Translations under genes and position numbers: made by a program
NCBI GenBank assembly: GCA_964016885.1
Contig: OZ024741.1
Location: 346,766,001-346,830,000, forward strand
Source: Eledone cirrhosa
Lineage: Eukaryota
Direction: 5' to 3'
DNA length: 64,000 nucleotides
Shown: positions 1-12,161 of the stretch, piece after piece
Position numbering within the stretch: position 1 is the stretch's first letter
Layout of the letters: each line of letters starts with the position of its first letter
The notes under the pieces: model-generated
Seen by the model: the letters and a program-made list of their open reading frames with translations, nothing else
Told to the model about the DNA's origin: nothing
The model's database searches: none

Positions 1-1379
1 CAGTAAAACGGGGTGTGTATGTAGATCGAAATATATTCTGTTTACCATCTGCGTTAACCTTCAGCTATTTATTCCTTATTAAACATTTCTAGCTATATAC
101 ACATGGTGTGTATGAGAAATGGGTTTATAGTGTTCCAAGATGTTTACCTTACATCTTTCTTATTAATTGAAAACTCCTTTTCCAAATGTGTGTTTATAAC
201 ACGAAAGCTGGACTGTATCCAGTAAATATTCCCATTCTCTCATGCCAAAATCGACCGTGTAATAATGTGCGGTATAGATATTTCGCTTCCTGAAATATTT
301 CATTTTTACAGATTTCATAAGTGCCAAGATAACCAAACTACTTAGCTGGAAACAACACATTTACTCTCATTTCAAATATTGGTTTTGGAGGCTTAGAACT
401 TACTACCACAATACATCTCTGTGCTAACACTAAAACATTATTATATTTCTATTGAAACCTGGAAAGTGAAAGTTAAACAACGGATGCGGATGAAACTACT
501 GACATGTGCGTATCGATATCTATAGTCTGTAGACTAAATCAAAATTGCATTTGCAGAAGAAAATTAAGTTACTTGTTAAATAGGTGCTATCAATAGTTGG
601 TTAATTATTTACTTAAAACAAACTCACTCTATTTAATTACAGAATGCTGCATTATAACTATCTTTTCAAATTTTCCTGGTATCGGTGACTGTTTGAAAGC
701 CTATTTAAACCCATGCAATCGTCTGATACACTAAAATATATACCACATATTTAATATAGCAAGACAACAGGTAGTGTCGAATAGCCTGATGAAAGGCTCG
801 TTGTTTTCTGTATTTTTAAACAAATGTAAAATAACATGAATCGAGGTAAGAAGGCCACAAAATCTTTCTTTTTTTTGTCAACAACATCATTTCCGTCTGT
901 TATTAATTCATATTCATCAATTGTCAATCAAGCTTATGAATTATGTCTAATATTCGACAGTGTATGAGAGAATATTGACGTTTTATAAATTTATCGAGAC
1001 GGTATAAATCGTAGACGGTATTTACTCTGAATCTCTGAAACTAATTCCTTGAGTCGGATATGAAAACAACATTTCTGTCTTTAGAAATAAAATTTTCTTA
1101 TCGTGTTTTGTTACAAATTAAATCAAAACATTTCCATATAACATATTTACTAAAGGCTCGGGTAATTTCGGTGAAATTTAAAAAATTAAGATATTTTCAA
1201 CACATCTGCTCTGCAAATAAAATATATCTACGGCATGATCTTCCTCTTTACCCCGGCGATTACGTTCGAAACTCAAAATTCCACTGCATTTTTATAACTA
1301 GTCGATTAGATTCCACGCAATTTGCACAAGCCGATAAGTATAGCTAACCATACTTTGTATTTCTTAGTATAATTATGTA

Positions 1380-1382
<3 letters not shown>

Positions 1383-1462
<80 letters not shown>

Positions 1463-1494
1463 AACAACAACAACTACTACTACTACTACTACTA
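1383..1494. repeat. (CTA)n/(ACA)n trinucleotide microsatellite
   Basis: Direct reading of the sequence. Confidence 0.97.
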
Positions 1495-1568
1495 GCTCTT
1501 TTGTTGCCGTTGCTGCTAAAAGCCATGGTCACATTGATCAAGAGACGCCTCAAGTCTGTCTAACTATA

Positions 1569-1975
1569 TACAGTCACATACTCAAAGGAGGCCAGTTTAC
1601 TTGGACCATATTCGGCACTCGAATCTATCTTTCAACTAACATGGCTGAATTGAAGAAATTACCTCTCCACGGAGTGAAGCTAGAATAAATTAAGCTGGGT
1701 CTCTTCGAGCTGCACAACCTCTTTCACCATACTCACCAGGTAGGTAAAAATGCCTATCCTTCTCGGCTAAAGGACAGATACCGGTGGACGGATTTTTGCG
1801 ATGTAATCATCTGATTACCAGGTCCATCTTATACCAGACAACACTTGTTAGACAACACTCGAGCATTGTGTCGACTATCCTCAGTAAAAAAGAGGTTAGT
1901 TGTCTATCATCGACGTCCATAATCATCCACTAGTAAACCCATATAAAACGCCAAGGTGGAATATTTACCGATCAT
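1569..1975 (-). mobile_element. Ancient, heavily decayed 3' ORF2 fragment of the Tx1-like LINE
   Basis: Collinear patches match copy A 2911-3562, e.g. cagtcacatactcaaaggaggcc vs cagacacatactcagagaaggcc; tgcctatccttctcggctaaagga vs tgcctgcccttcccggctaaagga; atataaaacgccaaggtggaatatttaccgatca vs ctatagaacgccaaggtggagtttccaccgatca. Confidence 0.7.
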
Positions 1976-2588
1976 CCAACCCAATTGCAAGTGGACTGTC
2001 AGTCAGCGCTTGAACTCTTTCCTTTTTCCAAGCACTCCCACTTGGGCTTTCCCCTATTGCAGCACTGTAGCTCTGACGCGGAGTGTCAGTGCTTATGTGT
2101 ATGTATGTCCAATCCTTCAGGCAGCGGGTGTAGACATTAAAAGAAATGCATGAACAGTAGTGCATGTCACTTTCACAAAAAACTGGGGCAACGTGGGTAA
2201 TCTACTCGTCACCCGTTTCAGATTCTCTCCGCATGGAAGTCTGGACCAAAGTAACCCTGCGCTGTGACAGTTTGAATGAAATTAGTGTTGTATTTGTGCT
2301 TCCCATTAATTTGCTGATAATATCAGGAAAGCAAAAATTCAGGATTTTGAAAGGAAGAAATAAATGAGGCCAACCTTTATTATTGGTTTTTATACAAAAT
2401 TACAATGAATTGATTTTAAATTAATTCCCAGCGTAGCAAAACTCAGACGAAACTGTGGAAAGATTACATAGTCGGTTGAATAACAAGGACGAAGAAAATA
2501 ACAATGACGAACCCCTATACGGGCGAACGTTCATCAACAATTTTAACACAAAGGGAAAAGATGGAAACCACATCTTAGCTTAAGACCG

Positions 2589-2589
<1 letters not shown>

Positions 2590-2668
<79 letters not shown>
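2590..2668. repeat. (TAA)n tract; 3' tail/target of Tx1 copy A
   Basis: Pure TAA repeat directly after a minus-strand AATAAA signal (plus-strand tttatt at ~2675). Confidence 0.95.
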
Positions 2669-2669
<1 letters not shown>

Positions 2670-2909
2670 TTTTCTTTATTAACCACAAGGGTTTACATAA
2701 AGTAGACATTAAGGACAGTACAGGACAATACAGGACGGTACAAATGGACATTTCTGCGTGTAAAAAACAGAGGATGAAATAAAATAACAAAGAAAGATTC
2801 CCCAATAGGGGGGAGACTTCCGAGGGACATTTGTGGAGAAAGCCCATTAAAAGACCACAGTGACCCTGACCACAGGGCAAGTGCCCTCTCCCAGTTTTCC
2901 ACCCTTAAT

Positions 2910-5786
2910 TTACAGACACATACTCAGAGAAGGCCCATTCATTCGGGCCATACTTGCTTCTCTCACCCATCTTTCAAAAAAATGCTGGGAAGAGAGCATT
3001 TCCCTCTCTACCCTGATTTTCCTTTTCAAATGAAATTTGAAAAAGTTAATCAGGGCATCACCGAAGAGGTAAGTGCTCGTCTTCAGCCCTTTCAAACGTG
3101 TCCACCATACTATCTCTTTCGCCATGGCCACCAGACAGATAAAAACTGCCTGCCCTTCCCGGCTAAAGGAAGGGGGCGGGGCAATCCTCACGATGGACTC
3201 AGCTGATAGCTGGATCCGTCCTACACGTGACAGCAGGTGTTCGACATAAACCCACAAGTCAGCAATGCTCGGACACTGGACGGGTGCGTGCAGGACGGTT
3301 TCGTCGCCCTGCGCGCATCTCGGACATGCCCGGCTGACGACACCTCCATGCCTGTAGAGTTTATCCCGAACTGGCAAAGCTCCTCGGTAGCACTGCCAGG
3401 CCAGGGATTTCTGGAAGTTGTCCATAGGCCCCGGCCCGAAAGTCCTTCCGAAGTGATTGGCTAGTTGATTTTCGTCGACGCCTAGAGTTTCTCCAAGTAC
3501 GTCGTCGCTCTTCCCCTCCACTAATCCCCTATAGAACGCCAAGGTGGAGTTTCCACCGATCACATTGCCCGATTGGTCGAGGGCTGTGAGCGCCTGAAAA
3601 CATTCCAGTCTCCAAGCGCTCCCTCTCGGTCTTCGCTTGACCCAGGACTGCAGCTCCGTCAAGGAGACGAGCTGGGGAAAAACGTGTCTTGCAAACGGCG
3701 ACCACACCTGATCACCGTGGTGACATCGTCCGCATATGCTGACACGGATCTTCCGCATCCTAGTTCGCGCGGGAGCCCCCTCAACGTCTCCAGTTTGTGC
3801 AGTAATGGCTCGAGAGTCAATACGTACAATAGGGACGAGAGGGGACATCCTTGGCGGACCGAGCGCATGATGTTGAACGGTTCCGAAAGGTGACCGTTCA
3901 CTCTCACTACAGAGCAGATGTCGCTGTGCATGGCAGCGATCCAGCCTCTGAAGACGGGCCCAAAGCCAGCCACCCTCAGGACTGCGGCTAGGTAACGATG
4001 GTCGACCCTATCGAAGGCTTTCGACTGATCTAAATTGATCAAAGTCCCACCCGTGCCAGGTTCCCTAGCTACCCTCTCTACGATGTATCGCATGAGGTGG
4101 AGGTTGTCGTGGATGGATCTGTCGGGATGGCGCATGTCTGTGCCTCTCCCACCAGTCCACCAACGACAACGCCAACCTCTTTGCTAGCACCTTGGCCAAA
4201 ATCTTGAACTCTGTGTTTAGCAGAGTTATAGGCCTAAAATTATCTATGTTATCCCCCTTGTTCGGATCCTTTCTCAGCAGCGCCACCGCTCCTCGGCTCA
4301 CAGAGCTGGGATTACTCCCGTTCTGTTGCCAGTTGTAGTAGACGTCCGCCAAGAGGCCTCCGAACAAGTCTGGCATTTGTACGTAAAGTTCATAGGGCAG
4401 ACCATCCAAACCAGGCGATGTACCCCTTGTGTAGCCATTCATTGCCTCCCGTACTTCAGCGGTTGTTATCGGCTTTTCGCAACACTCCGCCTCAGTGGCC
4501 GAAAGCCGCGGCAGTCCGTCGGGGTAGACACTAAAGTCCATCCCTCAATCCGGCCCGCCACTGCCCCCGAACAGTTGAGCGAAGTATCGCTGAAAAGCTT
4601 CACACATTTGCCCGGGATTGAGTAGCATGCGCCCGTCATGGTCCACCAAAGACAGGATCGTGGCTTTGTTACCACGACGCGCCTCCGCCACTCGGGTCCA
4701 TTGAACAGCTTTCGTGCCCTCGTATCTGAGAGAACGCACCCTAGCTCTGACAAGACAGCCTTCGTACTTTGTATTGAAGAATTGGTCAAGGGCCAATTTC
4801 GCCGCAAGTACGTCGGTCGCGATGCCTTTGCTAAGCGCCTCGTCTAATTTTCTAACTAATTCTCCCTCTGCTCTATTTTTCTCTATTGCTAAAGCCGTAC
4901 TAAACCTAATGGACTCTATTCTAATTGCTCTTTTCAGAGCAAACCACCACTTGTTGTTGACGATGGCCCCCGTCAACACCCGCTTAACTAGTTCGCTAAT
5001 CCGGTCTCTGTAGGCCTTGCGCGCTGGTAAGGACGCGTTTAGCTTCCAGTAGCCGGGTCCTCGTCTATGAAGCCTATCTAAGTCAAGCACACAGATCACG
5101 AATTTGTGGTCCGTGTAGCTGACTATCTTGAATTGTGGACAGCCTATGCTAGACCTATCTATTTCCCTACAAAATACTCTATCTAGATATGATCTGGATG
5201 ACCCTATGCGATTTGTCCAAGTCCACATTGGTACATTCGGGAAATGCATTCAGTACCTGTCAGACAGTTCAAAACGCCTGAGCAGGTTGGTGAGACTCTT
5301 GCACCCTCCTTCCCTATCCACTAATCCCACACAATCCCAGCGTGCATCTAAGATCCCGTTCCAGTCACCCACTAACACTAAAGAGCGGGACGTTCCAAGA
5401 AAGGTCTCCAGACGCCGGAAGAAATCAGGCCGCCCTACCCCTGTCGAGGCATAGACGGCCACTAACCTGAAAGCTTGCCCGTCTCCGCTGGTCACGTCTA
5501 GCACCACCAACTTACCTTCTGGGTCCAGGAAGATGGTCCGTATGGCGAGATCCAAACCTCTCCGAAAAAGCACAGCAACTCCTCCCCCCGATACCGGGCA
5601 GCTGGGAGATGCGTACACATCATAGCCGCCGAAGATCGGTGTGAAGGCCAGTGCTTCGGAGATTCTGGTCTCGCTGCTGGCCACTACATCTATGTTTAGT
5701 GACCTGAGGTCGTTGAGCAGGTGGCCCTACTTCCATGACGACCCCAAGCCACGCGCATTTATGCTGCCTATTCTGAGTGAGGTCAT
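2910..5786 (-). pseudogene. ORF2 of Tx1 copy A (APE endonuclease + RT + CCHC), disrupted
   Basis: GDWN, SYLD, TDH (APE); SPGLDGLP, FRPITLLN, LDQSKAFD, RQGCPLS, YADD (RT); CPRC..ETVLH..C. Stops, frameshifts and a ~544-bp deletion at 3718/3719 relative to copy C. Confidence 0.93.
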
Positions 5787-5820
5787 GTTGAAAAGGAGTG
5801 GAAAAGATGGGAAAGACCAT

Positions 5821-7785
5821 TTACCTTACTTCTCGTAGGGGAAGGACGGTTTTTCCATCCTTTTCACTGCTTGTGGCCTCCTCAGGAAGGATGTCCTTAT
5901 AAATCCTCCTGGAGTGTGCTTGTCGGAAGTCTCCGATGTCTTTGGGGAATTTTTGTTTTAGTGTCATGAACGTTTTCTGTGTGATGTGAGTGATTTGTAT
6001 GTGTGGAGGTGGTGTGAATTATTGGGTTGTTGTGTAGTCTTTTTCTGTGATGCTGGTGTTGTGTTGGATGTAGTGTAATAATTGCTTGTTGTTCAAATTT
6101 AATGCTGTGTAGTGTGTATCGTTTTGGTTGTTTTGTTTTGTTTGCGTTTGTTGTGGGTTTGTTTCTGTTTCGCATTTTGGTGACTTTTGTGGTGTATGTG
6201 ATGGTGGTGTTGGGGTTAATGATGGTGATGGTGTTGGTGTTTGGGTTGATGGGGTTGGTGATGCTGGTGTGTATGGTGGCATATCTGTCCTAACTTTTTC
6301 GTTTGTTAATTTATTTGTTTCCCTCTGTATTTTGTTTTTGGAGGGGGAAGGAAGAGAATTTTTTCTTTTTTGGTTTCTTTTCTCTTTTTTCCTGATACCG
6401 TTTCCCACTCCTCGTCGTCACAATCTGTCTCCAGTTGTGATAGGCCGGGGAGTGGAAAATCTTCCACAGGCGTTAGTTTTGGTTGTGGCGTGGTGGATGG
6501 TGTAGGCGCTGGTGCTAGTTCTGAAGCGTTGGGTGGTGGTGGTGTTGGTTTTGCTGGTGGTGGTGGTGTTGGTTTTGCTACTGTTGCTGGGGTTGTTGCT
6601 GTTATAGTTGCTTCTGTTGTTGCTGCTACAGTTGTTGCTGCTATCTCTGATACTTGTGGTGTTGATGGTTGTGTCACTGGGGTGGGTAGGAGAGGTGGCC
6701 TCAACCTTTTAGCCTGAGGGCAGAAAGCCCATAGGTGGGTTCCTTCACCACAAACGACACACCTAGGTTTTCTGCCCTCGACAATTACGGTGAGGTGGCT
6801 GCCGTCAGTGAGGCCTATTACCTCTGGGATCTCCTCAATGCTTTTTTGGTCCGCTTGGATCAGGAGCTCCATCCCAGATCCGGACCAGTTGTCCTGCTAT
6901 TCTTTTGCTATTGCTATTATCTTTGTGATGGCTTCGATGCCGGCGAGGACGGCCGCTATTAGCCAGGAAATTTCGATGGCCGGTGGAACGTGGGTCACCC
7001 TGATCTTTACGAGTCTCTGGCCACAATAGCTTGGGACGAGTGTGAATTCGTCACTTCTTAATAGGGCCATGGAGTGTTCTCTAGCCTCCTCTGGTGTTTC
7101 AAAGAACACGTCCACAGTTCCATACTTCTGCCCACGTCTGATGTGGGTTTTTCTTGCCCACACATGTCCAAAAGCTTTTTGGATTTGGGACTCGGATGCC
7201 CGTTCCACTCGGCGCGATTTTACATTTATTGTTCGATACGACACGGTGCATAGGCGCCGATGCTCCATTTTATTAGGTGGGTGGGTGTGGGGGGGGGGCT
7301 GCTCTGTACCCATCTTTCTTTACCATTTGTTTGGCATTTTCTAATTCCTACTGAGTTACCGTATATGCTTCCCACTCTTTTGCTACTCTGGCAAAACTCA
7401 GGGTGGCTTTTTTAATGTCATTGTTGTTGTTGTTGCTATCGTTATTTTTGTTATTATTAATTTTAGTTTCAGTTGTGGTGGTGGTGACGTCAGTGAAGTT
7501 CGGTTTGGGAGAGTCCATTTTGGTTGAAAATATTTCGACATCACGAGTTGATTTATTTTTTCCTTTTGTTTCTGTTGTCGCGGTGGTGGTGGTGGCGGCT
7601 TTAACACCTGCAGTCATTGGTAATGGCGGGAAATGAATGTCTGCCTGAGACAAATTTAAAATATTGCTAGTGCTTAAATTGTGTGTGTTGGCAGACGTAG
7701 TATCATTTACAATGGTGGTGTCGGTGTGAGGTGTTAATTTGTGAGAAAGGCTTTCAGCTGCTTGGTGCAGTGGTGAATTAGCCAT
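5821..7785 (-). pseudogene. ORF1 of Tx1 copy A (gag-like; CCHC knuckle, Pro/Thr-rich region), disrupted
   Basis: ORF pieces 7348-7785, 6897-7313, 6306-6872, 6019-6408; motif CVVCGEGTHLWAFC (CX2CX4HX4C); lies upstream of ORF2. Confidence 0.85.
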
Positions 7786-8020
7786 TTTTTTTTGAAAGAA
7801 ATTTTTTGATAATCATAAAAGTTTAAATTTTGGGCACAAGGCCCCAATCTTTCTGGGTGTCCTTTTCGGAAAACAATGTATGTGCGCTTATATATAGTTA
7901 ACAATAAAAATTTTCCATAAATGGCAATTTTTAACAAACGGAAATAACAAACCTATGCGGAGCTCACGATGATACGATTTACTACGTAGGTCGCCAATAA
8001 TAATAATAATAATAATAATA

Positions 8021-11000
8021 GGGGAATAGCCGTGTCTCTAGGGGAGAACGACCCCTCTAGTCTTGGTTGACACTCGTTCTAGAAGTGGTAACACGAAATG
8101 ATTACCCCTTGGCGGATACGGATAAAACGCGACAAAATAAAGTAAATGTCTAATGATAAAATCTCATACCGGATCGGTCGTCACCCGGGTAAAAAAGGGC
8201 CGCGTCCCTCAGAGAGGAACCAGACTGGGGTCGAAAAATCAGCTAATGGTTCAAACCTTCCCATCACTTCGGAGCTGGAGACCTCCCATAACCGGAATAC
8301 TCCTACTGTTGGCCCTCCATGCTCACCACCAATAAATCCAAAGAAAAAGAGAGAAAAATGGTCAAGGGAAGATAATAAAGAAGTGATTGAGGCTTTCTAC
8401 ACTGCCATGTACTACCCATCAAATACATCGAATACAGAACAGACATATATCAACTGCAAAAAGAAACATCCCGAAAACAGAGGCTATATTGACAGTAACA
8501 AACTAGCCAATATACGACGAAATATTGATCAGATCAAGCTATGGGCACAAAGTCAGCGAAGGGAAAATGAAACATGTGTCAGTGAGGACGAGGTAAATTA
8601 TAACACTTCGAATCCCAGGGTTGGGGCGGAATCACTGGCAACAGAACAAATTAAAGAAAGGATCGAAAAAGTGGAGGGAGTGCATGCTCAAGATGAAACT
8701 CCAAATGAAAATAATGAGATCGTAAATGATAAAGAAATGAATGAGAATGAACTTGCCAACTTGAAGGATGAAATTATGATCGAATGGATGAAAATGAAAG
8801 AATCTGACATGGAGCAACTAGACACCCTCCCTAAGATCCAGAACTCCAAATAGAACGAAAAGATAATACACAAGACTAACATAATTCTCAAAAACATTAT
8901 CATCACAAACAAACTAAACATTACTGATTTAAATCATCTCGGCTAAAGTCACCACTCACTTATGTGGAGTGAAGATGAAAAAACGAAGGAATTCCCACAA
9001 GAAATCTACTTGGCAAGAGAACATCAATCGCCAAATAAACCTTCTCCGATCTGACATAGAAATTTTAACAAACTATAAAGTAGGTGAACAAACTAAACTT
9101 AGAAAATTGAAAAGAAAGTACAGTAGGAAATCAACAAGTGACATAGACATGCTGATAGAAATAATCAAGCAAAAAGTGTCGGCCAAAGCTGCTCGTATAA
9201 GGCGCTTTGAAAAACGATCTAGATTCTATAAGGACAATAATATGTTCAAAAACAACCAAAGAAACTTCTACAGAAAAATTGGTAAGTCAACAATAACTGC
9301 TAAATCAATAGCACCCAAGGAGGAAGTGCAAGAATTCTGGGAAAAGATCTGGGCCGAAGAAAAAGTTCATAACATACATGCCCCATGGATAGACAGACAA
9401 ATGAAAGATACAGCTCACCTTGAGGAACAAATATGGGAAAATATAACAGTTGAACAGTTGCGCTTGGCTCTAAGAAAAACCAGCAAATGGAAATCCCCAG
9501 GAAAAGTCAAAATACAAATTTTTTGGATACATGCCTTCACAGAGTCTCATGAGCTGTTAGCCCAACTTTACAATGAAATAGTTAAGGAGCCAGAAAAGAT
9601 ACCATCATGGCTAGTTAACGGCATTACATTCCTGCTTCCGAAGAATGATGAGACAAACAATCCCGAAAATTACAGACCGATAACTTGCTTGACCACAATG
9701 TATAAAATTTTAACATCAGACCTAACTGAATACACCTATGACCACCTGATAACAAATGACCTATTTTCCATTGAGCAGAAAGGGTGTAAACGAGGCTCAT
9801 ATGGCTGTAAGGATCAGCTTTTGGTTAACAAAATGGAAGATTGTCATAATAGACACAAAAATCTATCGATTGCTTGGATAGATTATAAAAAAGCATTCGA
9901 TAGTTTGCCACACAGTTGAATTGAAAAATGTTTAGAGATTTTCAAAATATCCCCCGTTGTCAGGAGGTTTTTGTCATTCAGTATGAAGACATGGAAAACG
10001 ACACTCCTTTTGAATAGTGAAACAAAATCACTGGAAGCTGGAGAAGTTAATATTAATTGTGGAATTTTTCAGGGTGACTCTTTATCGCCGCTTTTATTCT
10101 GCATCGCACTTATACCATTAAGTAAAATGCTCGATGAAACAAAACATGGATATAAAGTCTATGACAAAACCATTAATCACTTGTTCTACATGGATGACCT
10201 GAAACTATTTGCAAACAATGATGAACAATTGCAAGGGCTACTATCCACTGTGGAGCAGTTCAGTGTTGACATTAAAATGGAGTTTGGACTAGATACATGC
10301 GCCAAAGCAACGTTCACCAGAGGAAAGCTGCTGAAGAGTTCAGACATTAATCTTGATCGGGGGAACGTGATAAGAGAACTTGATCAAGAAAAAACTTACA
10401 AATATCTAGGTGTTTGTGAAGGAGACGGAATCAAGCACTCGACAATGAGGGAAAGGATAAGGAAGGAATGTTACCGCAGAGTAAGAGCAATCTTAAGAAC
10501 GGAATTGAATGCAAGGAATAGGATCGATGCCATAAACACGCTTGCCATACCAGTAGTAACCTACAGTTACGATGTCATCAACTGGTCAAGCACAGAGATC
10601 CGTAGTCTCGATACAAAAATTCGAAAATTCTTAACCATGCACAGAATGCATCACCCTAAGGTAGATATAGATAGAATATATCTCCCTAGGAAAGAAGGAG
10701 GACGTGGGTTAGTCCAGTTAGACATTGCGTTGAAAACTGCAACAATTGGATTATCTACATATCTAAGGGACTCACATGATTGGATGATCAAACTCGTTTT
10801 GAAACACGAAAGCATCAAAATATCATATTCCATTACAAAAGATGCACAAAGATACAGTAATGGACTACAAATTTCAGAAGTCCCATTTACTGCTGAAATG
10901 GAAAACACAGAAAAAGCAAAGCAGGTAAAAGTAACTGCAAAGAAAGAACTGCTACAGAAACTGGCTAAGAAATGGCAAGAAAAGCCTCTGTATGGAAAAT

Positions 11001-11872
11001 ACCCAGAGCGAGCTAACAATCCTGATGTTGACAAAACTTTAACCCATCAGTGGTTGGCATCCTCTGGACTGAAATGGGAGACTGAAGTACTGATTATATC
11101 AGCACAAGATCAGTATCTGCCAACAAAAAATGACCAAGCCAACATAATAAAAAATGGATGCAGCCCATTATGCCGTGTATGCAAAAAACAACCAGAGACC
11201 ATTGACCATATAATTTCAATGTGCAGTCCTATAGCTCCAACCGAATACCTAAACAGGCATGACAGAGCTGCACAATACATACATTGGATAATGTGTAAGC
11301 ATTTTGACCTGCGCCATCAAAAGAATTGGTGGGAACATCAACCACCTCCCATACTTGAAAAAGATCACATCTCAATCTTGTGGAACTTTAGCATCCAAAC
11401 AGACCGAAAAATAGATGCAAATAGACCTGATATAATATTGAAGGACTTTAAAAAGAGGGTATGCCTGCTAATTGATATGTCTGTTCCAATAGACAAGAAT
11501 GTATCTATAAAAACATTTGAAAAATTGAGCAAGTATAAGGACCTGGAGATAGAAATTGGAAAAATGTGGAAATTGAGAACTAAAACAATACCAGTGGTTG
11601 TAGGCGCTCTGGGAATGATACCTAAGGGGTCTAATGATTACTTATCGCAAATCCCGCGTATCGGAGAAATACAAAAGATAGTACTAATGGGAACTGCCCA
11701 TATACTAAGGAAGATTCTGTCAATATAAGAACATCACAAGTCTAAACACTAAAGCTGCATGTGTGAATATGTATGTTCTTTCTTGAACATGGCGGACCTT
11801 GTTGTCTCTTGAGGTCACTGGTTGTGACTTGGTGATAACTCGTATGAACATAAAGCAAGATAAATGCAACTG
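8021..11872 (+). mobile_element. R4/Dong-like RLE-type non-LTR retrotransposon, apparently full length
   Basis: Single long ORF with RT and C-terminal restriction-like endonuclease; (TAA)n on both sides (7996-8020, 11873-11891), the known Dong target. Confidence 0.9.
8146..11728 (+). pseudogene. Dong/R4 polyprotein (RT + CCHC + PD-(D/E)xK endonuclease), disrupted
   Basis: KWSRED N-terminal motif; WKSPG, YRPITCL, DYKKAFDS, FQGDSLSPLLF, YMDDLK; CRVC..ETIDHIISMC, RHD, RPDII..IDMSVP, KLSKY. Stops at 8851 and 9917 and a frameshift near 8940. Confidence 0.92.
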
Positions 11873-12161
11873 TAATAATAATAATAATAATGATTTCATT
11901 TATTGGCCACAAGGGCCGACATATAGGGGACAATACAAAAGATTGGGACAGTGGGGTTTTAAAGAAAAATCGAGTAAACAATATAAATAACAATATCAAA
12001 GTAACAATAACAAAGTAACAATAAAGTAACAATAAAATTACAAGAGAAAAATTCCCCAATAGGGGGGATGACCACCTAGGGTTCGCTCAGGCACCCCACC
12101 AGTCCTGAACGACCCAACGCTTCGAGAGCACCCTGGAAGGACACCCCTCTCCTCCTCAAAT

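Larger units (their letters stand above)
2669..7995 (-). mobile_element. L1-clade Tx1-like non-LTR retrotransposon, family 1, copy A (both ends present, internally deleted, inactive)
   Basis: 5' UTR, ORF1 with zinc knuckle, ORF2 APE-RT-CCHC, 3' UTR with polyA signal; (TAA)n on both sides; very similar to the copy at 59302-64000. Confidence 0.93.

Noticed and set aside
145-350. Possible minus-strand host exon (ttccag acceptor, AAG|GTAAAC donor)
   Set aside because: All three frames contain stops and I recognise no protein; blastx would be needed.
8021-8130. Canonical HDV-like ribozyme at the Dong 5' end
   Set aside because: I could not place a P3/L3/P1.1 core before the candidate P1 3' strand; kept only as a structured leader.
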